Under the pieces are notes generated by a model. The model was not told the DNA's origin and ran no database searches. It saw only the letters and a program-made list of their open reading frames with translations. A stretch of DNA of 64,000 bases. Origin: the human T2T-CHM13v2.0 reference genome, Homo sapiens. The position numbers and the translations under genes were made by a program. Below, in pieces: positions 10,549-24,340 of this stretch (within the stretch, counting starts at the first letter, position 1; each line of letters opens with the position of its first letter). The stretch lies in assembly GCF_009914755.1 (NCBI RefSeq), contig NC_060939.1; one strand, 5' to 3'.

Positions 10549-13500
10549 GTATGTGCCAGCGAGGGGGACAATGGCGTGGGAAGATGCTCCCTCACCAAGA
10601 AAGCCCTGGGTCTCAGAGCACAGCTCTGTGGGCTGTAAGCATGAGTTAGTGGTTACTGGCGCTCAGGCCTTGGACTAAACTGAGGATTCTGGTGGCTCTG
10701 CTTCTGCTCTGTGAGCCCTCTATGAGTTGCCATAGATTCCTGGTGTCAGTTACTCTTTCTTGGATGTGAACAGCACCAGCCACTGTGTTCTGTGGCAGTG
10801 ATTGCCAGGGAGAAGGGAGTGAGTTCCCTCTAGCCAGGACCCAAGTGAGCTGGAGCTGGGAACAGCTGACAAGGTAGCAGGAAGTATCCTGTCATCTGGT
10901 GCCCAGAGGCTACAGCCAAATCCAAGGAAGACTGGTCAGCTCAGCCCACCACGTCTGAGCCTCATCCTAAAGGGCACTCAAGGCTTCAGGCAGGGTGTCC
11001 AACCTTCCCAAGGGTTGGTTCTTAGCATCAAGGGCATCTGGTAGGTCACTGAGGAAGCCCTGACATCATCACTGGAGGCAAGGCCTGGCTCCACTGACTT
11101 CTGGGGAGACAGAAGCATCAACTGGGAAGAACGGTCAGAGAAGAGGCTGGCAGCTCTTGGGGAGGGTATGTGGGCACTCACCTGTGCCCACCAGACACCC
11201 TAAAGTTCCTCATGCCCAGCAGGGCAGGGCTTCTCCAGTGAGGTTGGCCAGACCCTAAGCAGAGCTTCCAGATGCAGAGGCCAGGAGGGCAGGTGGGGCC
11301 GGCCACCCAGAGAGAGGCCCCTGCCACGGGACTGCCCTAGCCACAAGGAATGAGGATTTTGCTTCCACACTGGTTCAAGGACAGACCTCCTGGAGACAGA
11401 TTAGCAGACATTGCAGGGGCTCTGGCCACGCCTGCAGCTGAGTCTTGCTGAATTGCACACTGCTCTGAGGCTCTGGGGAGCCCTGGCTGCAGGCAGGGCC
11501 TCTGGTCTGGGGACAGCAGACAAGATGGCAGCCCTCTGTGAGCAGTCCCTAACCATCATCACCGCAGGTCACGCTGCTCTGCTGAGCAATAGTCAAGCCC
11601 TCCAGACTTCTCTTGGCTGCTGAGTTACTCAGCTACTCAGCACGCACTGACCGATCTCCGTTGATGCCAAGCCCTGTGCCAGCCCTGCCTGGGTGCTCAT
11701 GTTCATGGGGTCCTTGTGACACTTGCTGCTTGTCCTCCACTCTGGACAAAGGGGATCAGGGAGAGCACAGCAGCAGGAGGTAAGGAGGGGACAGTTCAAA
11801 GGCAAGGGGACAGCCCAAGGTGGCATGACCGGAGAAGGTCTGGCTGACTCTTCAGCTAGGCCTGAAAGCAAAAGTCAGGTTCTGCCTCCTGACCAGGGCA
11901 GGGGTGCAAGGGCCTGAGGGGTGTGCTGAGTGAAGCCTTGGAGGAGGTGTTGTTGGAGGAGGCCTCACTAATGGGAGAAACAGAGGATGACCACGTTGTT
12001 CTATGACAACGGCCTCACACAGGCTCTGCACCTCACACTGGACTGTCTGCCCTGAGCTGTGTCTGCAGCAGCAGCCGTGGGGACCATGCTGAGGAGGAGG
12101 ACACCATCACTGATGACCTTTGGGAGAAGAGTGAAGCTGCAGACAGGGCTCAGGGCAGACAGTCCAGCGTGAGGTGCAGAGCCTGGGTAACGCTGTTGTC
12201 ATAGAAACAAAAATGTAGGGTGCACAGGGCAGTGATGAGTGATGGGGAAGGAAAAGCAGGTTTGGGGCAGCTGGCAGTGTGGGGAAGGAATCCAAGGAAC
12301 GTCCGAACACCTGTGCAGAGCCTGGCATAGAAAAGGCACTTGCTGAGTACTAGTCTGTAAAATGAATGAATAAATGACTGAGTTAATTAAAGGATGCCTG
12401 TTAGGGCTAAAGCCTGTGGAATGGGCAGAATTTCCTGTATATCCGAAGGATCTGAGCTGGCTTGGGATGGGGTAGGCTGTGGGATGAAGGACTCTGGGGC
12501 CCAATACAGCCATAGGGAATCCTGGGCCGCTTGCAGAATGGTGTTGCTGGCACCTGAAGTGCATCCTCACCCACAGTCCTCCCTCTCTGGTCCCGCCAGT
12601 TTTGGCCCCTGCCTGTCCACACTAAGGCAGGCAGCTGTAGCCCAGAGGCCCCCAGGGAGGGCTGTGCACAAGGGCTGGCGCTTTGCCCCAAGAAGCCCAT
12701 CCCTTTCTGCCAAGGCGCCTTTCCTAGGACCGTCTACGCTGTAGCGGCCCTCATCAGTCAGTGTTTTGGGGAGGACACCAAGGGCTGGGGGCTGTGGAGA
12801 GGGTCCTACTAGACAATAGTGACCAGAAAATGTCCTCTGAAGCAATACTTTCATCAGGAAGGAGAATGGGAAAGGAGCCCTTATGTTAAATGAGGAATTG
12901 ATTGTATGAAGACAGAAATGATGTCCCCTTTATATAAGCCACTGAACTTGTTTTACAATGATCAGCTCAAGAATGTCTCTGACATTCTTGGTTTCTCCCT
13001 ATTTTAAAAGGGATCAGATAGCATAGGAAACTTATTAGAATACAATAGTAAAATTTTACCCAATCTCTGCTGATCTCTGGCTTGCCTTTTTTTTAACACG
13101 GAGCTGAAAATCTACCAAAGCCTTCTGTGATGAGCCCCATTCTGCCCTACTTGACTGATTCATGGGCACCCAGCGCACTGCCCTGCATGCTGAGCTAGTC
13201 CCAGGGAGGCAGGAGGAGGGGCCTGAAACAAAGTAAAAGTCTGCCCCCAGCCTTTTAGTCTTTGATGAGCTTCTCATGTAATCGACATAGCCTGGAAAAT
13301 CTCCTGGAAGAAGCGCCTGGTGGTACAGACAGTGCCTGCCGAGGAGCTAAGCAGGGTCAGAGATTTAGCCTGCAAAGGCCATGCAGAGAGCACGGCACAC
13401 AGCAGGGGCCTAATAAAGACAAACTGAGTTAAGTCGAAGGTGAACTGAAGGTGGGAGGGGTAAACTCTGGGTAGCAGGACTAGGCCCCATCCAGCAGGTT

Positions 13501-13993
13501 TTCATTGAGAAGCTTTTCTTTCCGTTTAAAACTGACAGCCTGCAACCTATTTCCTGAATCCTTAAGCCTCATAGGTGCCCCAAAGGAACAAATTAACCAG
13601 AGCACAAAAGAGTGAGTGAACAGTGGGACTGATTTTTATTCTAAGAAGCTTCTCTCTTTCTGGGAACCAAATCATCTGCTGAGAGCAGAGGATGTACAGG
13701 CATAGGATAGGGGCTGAAGAGTGCGTGGGAGACCCTGGGGAGAACGAGGAGAGGAAGTACCAGACTACTAGACATGGCAGGACTACTCAGCAGTGTAGAG
13801 GAAGCCCTGAAGGGAGAGGAGGACGGCCAAGGGGCTTTGAGGCTCACGATGTGTGAGTCATTTTCTCTAGTGACGTGCTGCATGGAGAGAGAGCCAGGAA
13901 GATGGCCCAGGGCAGATTGTGTGGTTGGCTGGGCACGTAGACTCATGCAAACCAGGTGTGTCCTCGGGATAAATGCATTTTCCTCTTTTCTAG

Positions 13994-14132
13994 CTCTTCA
14001 GTGGTTCATGTGCCTGGAGTGAATGATATTCAGTCCTCTTCTTCCACGGGCCAGAACATGTCCCAAATCTCCCGGCAGCTAAACCAGAGTCAGGTGGCAT
14101 GGACAGGGAGTCGTCCGCCCTTTCCGGGACAG
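13994..14132 (+). CDS. ARNT2: ARNT2 exon 16, 139 nt, SSVVHVPGVNDIQ...TGSRPPFPGQ
   Basis: tcctcttttctag| acceptor, cag|gtatgg donor; peptide visible in ORF 13956..14255. Confidence 0.97.
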
Positions 14133-14821
14133 GTATGGGCATCTGTGAGGGCATCTCCCCTGGGTGACCAGAGAGGCAGAGCACTCTGGGAAGTGTTTTC
14201 TTTGGATTGCGGTTCTGAGGATGGGTCGGCTCCTAGCTGGAACCAACCACCCTAACAGCAGCTGGCTACTCAGGAGCACCATCCACCCTCAGGGCTCTCG
14301 GAGAGCCAGGTGCCCAGCCTGCAACTTCAGCAGCCTTTTCTCCTTACAGCCATGCCCTGAGGCAGCTGGCAGGGAAAGGTTGGGCAGGTTGAGACACCTC
14401 ATCAAGAATGAGCCCCTCACTACTCTGGACCTCTGGCTGCCCCTGCGCCAGGAGGGCATGAAACCACCAACCCTTGTGACATCCCCAGACCCTCATAGTC
14501 ACTGTGAGGGTGGGTGTTGATTGGGCTGAGGGAGTTCTAGGTGTTCATAATGCCAAGGCCTTGGTAACCAGACTCCAGAGGGCCCGGATCCTCGTAGCCC
14601 TGGGGAGTAACTTCAACCAGACGTGCCCCAAAGATCCTGCAGTTCCTGGGCCCTCACACACCGGGCTGATCCCAGGCCTGTGCCTAGCCAGACAAGAGGG
14701 TCATGGGGAGTCACTGTCAACCCAGAGCAGGCACTGCCCCTGCGACCAGCCTGGGGCATCGGTTGGGGTGCAGGGGTCTGCTGGTGATGCTTTCCATCTC
14801 TTTGCTTTGTCCTGATTGTAG

Positions 14822-14987
14822 CAAATCCCATCTCAGTCCAGCAAGACTCAGTCATCTCCCTTTGGGATTGGAACGAGCCACACCTACCCGGCAGACCCCT
14901 CTTCCTACAGCCCCCTCTCCAGCCCAGCTACCTCCTCGCCAAGTGGGAATGCCTACTCCAGTCTTGCCAACAGGACTCCAGGGTTCG
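14822..14987 (+). CDS. ARNT2: ARNT2 exon 17, 166 nt, QIPSQSSKTQSSPFGIG...LANRTPGF
   Basis: ctgattgtag| acceptor, tcg|gtaggt donor; 55 codons +1 nt, S/P/T-rich. Confidence 0.96.
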
Positions 14988-15793
14988 GTAGGTGGGGAAT
15001 GAGGGAGTGAGATTCTGGGAAAGCCAGCACAAATGCTTTCTGAACAGCCTGAATTCAGGAGGCTGAGCTCCAAGCTCCCAGCTACCAAAACAAGGTCTGG
15101 AGGTTTCCAAGCACCTCCTCTCTCTCTGGCTATGAGGAGGCCTATGGTGTTCCTAAGAGACTGGATGCTTAGGCCTTGGCTTTGTGATTTGACTTTATCA
15201 TTTTCAAGGCATTGGGATGATGTTGCTGTGCTGTGAGGTGATCTGAATACCATTTTAACCCATTATGGCCCTGGCAAGGATTTTCAGGTCCCCCAAGTCA
15301 AAAACCTTATAGTCTTGTTTCAAGAAACTAGAGAATAGCTATAGAGACAATCAATTGCATAAATAACACTGCAAAGTTTTCTGTCTCTTTTAAATATTAA
15401 AAACACCTATCTTACTTTGTTAACAAAACCTCAGGCCATAGAGGGTTAAGGAACCGCTGTGTCCTGTGCATTTCTCAGGATCCTGGGCCTTGCCCACTCT
15501 CCGTGTGTGTAAGGAACCTCCTCAGCATGTCTCCCAGGGCTAGGGTTCCACTCCACGTCAGGACAAGCTCATAAGAGACCCGTGGTCCTGGTAAGAAGTC
15601 CAAGCTGGTGCCTGCTTTCTCACAGTGAGGTCACTGGGTGACACCCAGCAGTGCGGCTCATAGAGCTTTTCTCTACAGAATTGATTCCTCAGATGAGCGT
15701 GAATCTGAGCCCAAACATCTGAATTTCCACGTGGCAAGTTAAAAGCTTCCATTAGAACTGCTTGTCTGTCAGCCTTATGAACAATTCTGTGCA

Positions 15794-16114
<321 letters not shown>

Positions 16115-17129
16115 CTAGCACACAATGGGGAGTTGTCATCTGCTGCCCAGCCCTCCCCACCTCCTCCACTAACAGCAGCACGTCCGTCCCACTCAGCCCG
16201 AGGTCTTGGGGCACAGCATTTCCTGAGGCCATGCTTGTCCCTCCAGCCTTAGTCCCATTTACTTGCAGTGTGTCTCCTCTTCGTCTGTTAAGTATTCTCG
16301 CCACGTGGTTCACTGGAACCCAGTTTAGAAGCACAGCACCCTGTCTGAGGAAGGAGAAACCCCATAGCAGTTGCTCTCAAGTCAGCCAGGCACTCAGCAC
16401 GGTTACCACCTTGAGCCCAGAATCCTGTTTCTCAGGATAGCATCCACCTTCCTGCAGTCACACGTGAGATCCTTCTCCACATCTGGTTCCCCACCCGGGT
16501 GTGGAGAGACCCCTTCACCTCCTCCTGAAGGTGGGCCTCATAGACTCAAGGCCTCCTGGGTACCTAGTCCTTCCCGGAAGCCCAGGGACCATCTGGCACC
16601 GATCTACTCAAAAAAACCTTCAGTGCCAGGCCCCGAATCAGCCCTGGAAGACAGGAGACCTGGTCCCCACCCAGAGAAGGACACAGTCCAGAGACTGGGT
16701 CAGGGGAGACAGACAGAGGTAAAGGGAGGCAGGCAGGACAGTCTGCAGGTGCGGCAGCCATGGTCTGCGTGGGGGCCCTTGTGGCTGCAGGCCAGGACAG
16801 TCGTTATGTCTGATGGGGTCAAGAGAGGCTTCGGAGCAGAGCTAACACGCAACCGTGGCAAGGTCTTGGAGCATCCCACTGTGGCCGTGACGAGACAGGT
16901 GGGCAGGCCACTTCCCTGCCCCAACCATCCAGTGCCTTTAGCTCCATGCCTCTGTCTAGTCTCCACTAAACAAATGCCAGGCCCTGAAGTATAAATGGAG
17001 ACGGGACACAGGAAGGACGAAGCCCTGGGTTGAGGCCACTGCACCACTGTGGCCAAGAACAGGCTCAACACAGATGGGGCTCCAGGTTGGGTTTTTACAT
17101 TTGCCTTTGAGCTATCTCACACTCAGATG

Positions 17130-17395
17130 ATAATAATAGTAATGATAGCAGCCTGCCCTTAGTAGGTACTTATTATATGCTAGCATGTAGCATTCATTCA
17201 GTGCTCACAATAGCCCTAAGAAGGAGATACCATTATTATTCCCATCTCACAGATAAGTAAACTAAGGCACACTGAGGTCAGATAACTTACCCAGGCTAAC
17301 TTACTATAGCTGATAATAGCAGAATCATGCCTTTGGAGCCAAGAATCAAAGCTGGGCAGTACATCTGAGACTGTGTTCCCATCCACTACTCTGTA
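17130..17395 (-). mobile_element. MIR, near full length
   Basis: cattattattcccatctcacagataagtaaactaaggcacactgaggt. Confidence 0.75.
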
Positions 17396-18078
17396 CTTAC
17401 CATCATTTTCAAATCCATTCACAGGGGACCTCAGAATTAAGCAGGAATTGGATGTCCCAGCAGATGGCCCTTGATGTACATTCATGAGAAAGGGGCTGGA
17501 ACCCTTCCAATGAGGGCATGGAAAAAGCATATAAAATCGAGAAATGAAGGACTGAGAAGTTTCTTATGGCCTTGCCATCAGTGCATCATGTGTTACCTTT
17601 GGCCACAGCTATTTGAGTGGAATAGGATGCAGGGAGAGTGTGTTGAAAGCCAGGCTGTGGTGGAGTGAACAGGTGATAGAGTGGAGACGAAGCTGAGCAG
17701 GAGAGCAGGAAGGGAGGCACAGTCTTGGGAGGGAGAGGGAGACCTCGAGGCGAGGGGTTGCTGTCATCGTCTGTGATGAGTACACTGCTGGAGGAAGGCT
17801 CCCAGTGCAGGCAGAGGGGACCCAGCATAAGGTGTTGGGGTTCACATCAGAGGTGTAGAGGGGCCTGGAAAATGGGTGGACACCAGACCCCCTTCTGACC
17901 ACAGGGTCAGCTTTTACTCCACAGGGCTTCAAGGAAGTGGAGTGCTGGCTGGGAGAAGAGGGCAGGCTTTGGTTAAGGACAGAAGAAAGAGGGTGTGTGT
18001 ATGGTTAGGAAGAGGACCCAAAGGGTTGTTCGTTAGTGAGGATGGTTACTCCCGAGGGCACAGTGGGAAAGGGTGCAG

Positions 18079-18158
18079 GGAACAGAGCAGGTAAGAATGG
18101 GTGAGTGGAGAAGGAACAGAGCAGGTAAGAATCGGTGAGTGGAGAAGGAACAGAGCAG
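18079..18158. repeat. 34-bp tandem repeat, 2.4 copies
   Basis: ggaacagagcaggtaagaat(g/c)ggtgagtggagaa at 18079 and 18113, partial copy at 18147. Confidence 0.9.
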
Positions 18159-18914
18159 TCTGCCCCATTAATGGTCAGTTTCATTAATTATTAAACACAA
18201 AGCAGGCTTAAAAAACAGGCCGTGTTTACATTTGCAATGGACACACACCCTAGCCCAGCGTGGGCACATCTGAGTGGCTTCCCAGTGCCCTCTGTGCAGC
18301 CCTGGGGCCTATTGGTGTGGCACTGATGGGTTCCCAGTCCTGACAGCACCCCACGGTACCTGGCCTCAGTTCATTATCCATGGCCAGAGCCCAGAGAGAT
18401 AATGCGGTTGATCCCAGCCTCCTGCTTCTGGCTGGCTGGAGCAGGCAGGGGATTTGGAATGCCTGCTGAGCAGACTTGCCGGACGTCACCCAGTGGTGGA
18501 CCAGGGGCAGACATCGAGTTGTGACAAGCATAGCATGTCACTTTTGAACAGTGCTTCAACTGTAGCAGACTCCTCAGGATAGCTTTGTAGACTGAGTTTA
18601 TACATTGAGTGAGAAAAAACGCCCCTGCCTGGGTCTCAGCCCTTTCTGTGAAACACATGCTGGTTTTGTTCAACGAGCTTTCAGGAGTCAAGCCAAAGCA
18701 TTTCTTCCATTTCAGACCTTTCACGTTATCTTGAGCTTTACTGCTGTCATAATTGTGTTTCCAGTCTTAGTATCATTTTCATTTTGAGTCCAGTCACAGC
18801 AAAAACCTAGCCATTTGAAATGTAGCATCCACTAGGAAACTACACAGTCCCATTACTTAAGCCCTGAAAAATCCAAGCATTTATTCCCTTAACAAAGTAA
18901 GTGGGGAAAGTGTT

Positions 18915-19622
18915 GTGCCTGTAGGGCCCAGTCAGGAGACAGAAACCATGGCAGTAATTTAAACAGGAAAAATTTAAAGATTTTGTGACTAATTAAAGGT
19001 GGTTAAGAAGGACCCTGAGGAATACAGGAATAATAAATGTGGGCAGCAGCTTCTACCTCTAAGGCTAAGGGAAAGTAGACAAGACAGGAACTAAGAACTT
19101 GGAAGAGGAGACCCCACCCCACAAAACCTGAGGTTCAGCCCTTGTTGGAGAATGTGCATCTGTCTTGGTAACACACTGTGGATGCTCTGGACTGCAGTGG
19201 GTCTGTAAAAGCAGCCTGCCCACTGACTGAGACACTCAGTAGGGGGTGCAGATGGACCAGAAATGGTCTACACACCCACCCCACCAGGTGGCCAAGAATT
19301 TCCCCAGGGAGTGCCCGCAGGTAAAACTGACTCACAGGAGGCAGCCTCTGGGTGGTAGAGAAATGTGCTGAAGAGGGAGCACCCTGACATCCTGCACACT
19401 GCGTTAGACACACTGCAGGAGGAAAGAAACACCTGATCCAGGAAGAGAAGCCACTTCTCTGCAGTACCTCGCTTGTCTCTCCAGCGTCCTCTGCTGAGAA
19501 AGCCTAACGCTGCACTCGCTGACAAAGGAGAAATGTTTGCAGGGTGTAGTTTCAGTATCATGAAACAGGGCAAAGAAGGATGGATTTAGAGCCAAGAGGC
19601 AATAAATTGATAACTGGCAAGA
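18915..19622 (-). mobile_element. Ancient solo LTR (LTR67B/LTR78/LTR79-like), antisense
   Basis: Ends ccagtcaggagacagaaacc...gtaatttaaacagg and gaggcaataaattgataactggca resemble old eutherian LTR consensus; subfamily uncertain. Confidence 0.5.
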
Positions 19623-20166
19623 ATGTATATGACCTGAATCCTCAAATTGCTCAGTTTCTTTTCATCTCAACTACTGCCAGGCATCTGCTTGTTGATATTA
19701 CCTTGTTTCTTGGAGAAATGCAGGGAGCCAAGTGCACAGGTTGCTTAAAGAGAAATGGCTCAAAGGTGCTGTAGCAGACCAGGTTTCAATTCCTTGACTT
19801 GCTCCAAGTGTGGCATACACATACGTAGGATCTAAGTTACATTATTTTCTTAGCAGCATGATTTCCAGATATATTGTCTTGGCAAGCAACAGCATGTCCA
19901 TAGCTCCTTGTTCCCCACATGCGTCTCAGTTTAGGGTGAGGTCTCTAAAGCAATTCATCCATGCATGACACAAGTCAGATCAGGTCGATACAGATTAAAT
20001 CAGGTCACAATAGATAAACAACTCTGGGGATGAATGTCTTTTACAAAGCTCGAGAAACACATCCAGAACACATTGCCTTTTTGTAAAAGAGCCATGTCCA
20101 TCCCAGCCTGCCCCACCTAGCCCATACTCACTTTGGAGAGGAGAATTGAAAGAATTTGTTATTCCA

Positions 20167-20443
<277 letters not shown>

Positions 20444-20808
20444 TTATTATTTCAAAAATATCTGGAGTGAGAAACGAAAGGCATAATTCAAAATAGGGGA
20501 ACAGGGTAGACTAAGCACAGGCAGGGAGCCAGTAGGATTTTGCTGATCTGAAATGTTTGCAGACACCATGCACCCTCTTCCTCCCCAGCTCCTGCCCATA
20601 AAGCTCAGTCCCGGACATTTTTACCAGTGAATTATGGGGAATTATAGACCTCTCCATCCCTAATACTAGTTAGTGTTGAAAAGGTGAGGCCTTAGCCAGA
20701 AGGCTCAGGAAGACTGTGATCCTTGCTGTAAGGTGCGTTTTTCTTCTGCCTAGAAGGCATTTGTAAGACAATGAGCTGCCCTTTGGTGCACCTTGTTACT
20801 TTATCCAG

Positions 20809-21032
20809 CAGGGTTTCTCAGTGTCAGCACTATTGACATTTTAGGCTGGATAATTCTTTGTTGTGGGGGGGCTATCTCTTCCTTATAGGGGGTTCAGCAG
20901 CATCTCCCTGCCTCTACCTACTAGGATTTCTCTGTTTATGATAATGACAAGTGTTTCCAGACATTGTCAAATGTCCCCCTTGGTTTGGTGGGGGGGTGGG
21001 GTTGCGCAAAATCACCCGATTGGGAACCACTG
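20809..21032. mobile_element. MER20 (hAT-Charlie MITE)
   Basis: cagggtttctca...gcactattgacattt...ataattctttgttgtgggg...gggaaccactg. Confidence 0.85.
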
Positions 21033-21299
21033 AGCTAAACCCAACTACATAGGACTTCCAAGCAGGACTTCAAGTGAGCCTTAAGTCTTAGGGCAATTTC
21101 CAAATCAGCTGAACCTCACAAGAAAAAATGTTAATGAGAGGAGAATGATAGCATTGAGCTTCAAATTTTTAAAAAAGGAGGATGTCATCCCTGCCTCTGT
21201 GACCTAGGAAGCCACAAGCTCCTCAAGATTCTGACCCGTGGTCTGAAAGCCCACACAGCTGGCCCAGGTGTTATCAGCCCATAACACAGTCTATCTGGG

Positions 21300-22600
21300 C
21301 TGGGAGGTGGCCCATGCACAGAATTATCTAGGCACAGAGAAGGGGAAGGATGTACATGACAGAAAGAACACATGTGCAGTAGCACAGAGATGTAACTGCA
21401 TGTGGCTCATGGGGGACATGCAAGTATTGTCATGTGACTAGGGCAAGAGGGGCTGGAATTAGACACGAAGTGGGAGATGAGGCTAAAAATAGGTCCAGAT
21501 CGTGAAGGATCTTCATGCCAACATCCAGAACATGGATGTTACTACATAGACCGCGGTCAACCACTAAGCAGTCTGTAAGCAGTGGACTACTGTTGGAGGG
21601 AGATCACGCCAGTAGCTGTGTGGTTATGGGGGCAGTGGGTGTGGCCATGACTCACAGCACTGGTTGGGGCAGTGAGAATGGAGGAAAGCAGGTAGGAGTT
21701 GAGAGATGGTATTTAGGGGAGTGGGAACTCAGCCGACCCCAGCCTGTCAATACCACCAGAAGTGCAAGTTTATCATCCCTAGCTCTTCCCACTCACACCC
21801 CTCAGCACAGTCAGTAATCAATCAACAAGCCTAGGCACCTCCTTCTCCATCACATCTCAAATCCACCCACTGCTCTCCAGCTGGCTTTTGTTCTGTGTTT
21901 TGAGCCACTGTCGTCTCTTGCAAGGATTGCTACAGCAGCCTCCTCCCCTCTGGCTCCTTCCCTCTCCTCTTGTCTACCCCATTCCTTTCTCGGTTGGTCT
22001 CTTTCCCTCTCTTTTTGTCCACCCACCCATGGACCATACACATCTGTGTGCTTCCTGCTTCTGCTTAAAAACCTTCAGTGTTTCTCTGTTGTCCCCAAAA
22101 TTGGTCATACTGACAGTGTGGAACCTGACCCCTGGCTTACCCTCCAGCCTTATCTCTTATGACTTGCCTGATCTCACTCTATTCCTCTTCCATCCTGAGC
22201 CACCTGTAGATGCCCGGATGAACCAAGCCCTTTTTCACCATCAGGCCTTTGAACAGACTGACCCTTTTCTCTAGAATTATTTTCAACCTTACCTCCAAGC
22301 CCTATACCGGATTAATTACTAATTCCCCTTCTGGTGTCATCTGAGATCTCTGAAAAACCTTTTCTACTTGTCATGGCTAGTTAGGTATCCCTCGTAAGCG
22401 TTTTTATTCTAGTTCCTCTGACTCTTAGAGCAGCTCTCACCTGTGCAGAATTGCCTGTTTGCTCCCTTTCCCAACCATGCTATATGCTTGTTGAGAGAGG
22501 AACGATCTTATTCTCCAGTGTGTGTACAGTACCAGCATGGAGCCCACGTCAGAGCAGGAGCTCAGGAAATATTTGCCAAGTGAATAAATGAATGAGTCAG
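21300..22600. mobile_element. L2 fragments in both orientations
   Basis: tgcttaaaaaccttcagtg and 3' tail gtgaataaatgaatga near 22580-22596. Confidence 0.6.
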
Positions 22601-23940
22601 TTGATGAGATTAGAAGAGGTTATTTCCTTCTTGTTTGTTGACGAGAAGGAAGGCCTGACTCAGACCCCTGCTTTCAACATATGTTAAGAGATAAGGTCAC
22701 TTACAGTAAGGACCAGGAGGCACGTGAGAAAGAGTAGTGTAAGAAGTAGCAGAACCAAAATCAAGTTCAGTCCTAGAAGTCAACAAGATAGTTTCAAACA
22801 GAATGATCAAGAGTGTTGGATACTCAAGAGAGATTGAGAAGAATGGGCACTCTTCAAATGCCTATTGGATGGGGCCTGGCAGTAGAGTAATTGCACAGGG
22901 TTGAGAAGGGAGGGAAAGGAGAAGATGCTGTGGGGTGGGGGTGGCTGTAAATGTTGATGGCAAAGGGAAGGAGAGGTAGGTATGTACTTTAAGGAGGAAG
23001 GGCTGAGGGCATTGATTTGTGATGGGCAAGCCCCAAGGAAACCATCATTGCAGCAGCATCCTGGGTGAGCCTGTGTGGCAGTCATCTTCCTGAATGCATA
23101 AGGACATTCCCCCAGTCTACCATGCCCTTCCTTCAGCACAGGTGGCTATGTCCCTCCACCCTTCTGCCAAGCAACATGGACCCACTGAAGGCCCCATCTT
23201 GTGCTCAGCCTCTGCAGGCTTCCAGAATGGGACAGGTGCCTGTCAGGTGGGAATTTCCTCGTAGCTCCAGCTGGCGATGCTACTGTTTTAACTTTGCCAC
23301 AGTTGTGGACCCAGCCTTCCCTCTGCTAAGCCAATTAATGAGGCCAGTCGACACGATTCTATGAAAGAGTTCCTCCTGGCCCTTGGGGTCTTGTGTGGGA
23401 TCATTAGGAAAAGACATTTCACATAGGCAGATGAATTTTTTATAGCAGAATCCTATGTGCACAGTAGATTTAAATCTCTCTTATGCTAAGGAGGGGAATG
23501 TACCCTGCCTCAATTTTATAGAATTCCTTACCAACTATTGTCATCATGTAGAGTTTGAAAAGCACCAATGGTAAGGCATTAAAGGGACCTTATGCATTTT
23601 ATTAAAGCCCTTTATGTCTCAGGCATTATATATGGGTGGATGGGTGGGAGAGAGAGCGAGGGAGAGAGAGAGATTCTTCTCCCTGAACACTTTCTAACCT
23701 GGCCTCACATTAACGCAGTGCCCAGGCTGGGGGTTGGGTGGGGCCTGAGGCTTCCCCGTGGCCAGCATGATCGTTGGAAAGAGTAGTATGGGACAAGATG
23801 GGGCTTCTCTTGCCACCCAGAGCTTGACAGAGAGCCCATTATCTCCAAAATGGTACTGAATGATTTGAAACAAGAAAAAAAGCTTCTAAGATTTTTGATG
23901 TTCCTTAAAGGTATCTTCTCTGAAGGTATTTTTTTAAGCC

Positions 23941-24046
23941 TCCTCTTTGGTTGAATCTCAAAAACGTTTTTAGACAAAATTCCACTTACTGGATCCTCTT
24001 TGGTTGAATCTCAAAAATGTTTTTCGACAAAAAACCACTTACTGGA
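23941..24046. repeat. 53-bp tandem duplication
   Basis: tcctctttggttgaatctcaaaaa(c/t)gttttt...ccacttactgga x2. Confidence 0.9.
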
Positions 24047-24340
24047 TAGGCACAGTGGCTCACTCATCCCAGCACTTTGGGAGGCCAGAGCAGGGGGACT
24101 GCATGAGGCCAGGAGTTTGAGACCAACCTGGGCAACAGAGCCAGACCCCATCTCTAAAAAAAAAATGTTTTTTAATTAGTCAGGCAATGTGGCATGAGCC
24201 TGTAGTCCCAGCTATGAGGGAGGCTGAGGCTGGAGGATTGGTTGAGCCCAGGATTTCAAGGCTGAAGTGAGCCATGATTGCACCACTGCATTCCAGCCAG
24301 GGCAGTGGAATAAGACTCTTTCTCGTATGTAAAAAACCAA
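24044..24340 (+). mobile_element. AluJ
   Basis: Diverged dimeric Alu; TSD ccactta. Confidence 0.9.

Noticed and set aside
12368-13417. Intronic AATAAA hexamers in intron 15
   Set aside because: Lie in L2/MIR-like tails with no clear downstream GU-rich element; expected by chance
16371-16994. 207-aa intronic ORF
   Set aside because: Non-ATG start, GC-rich, no recognisable homology or exon structure
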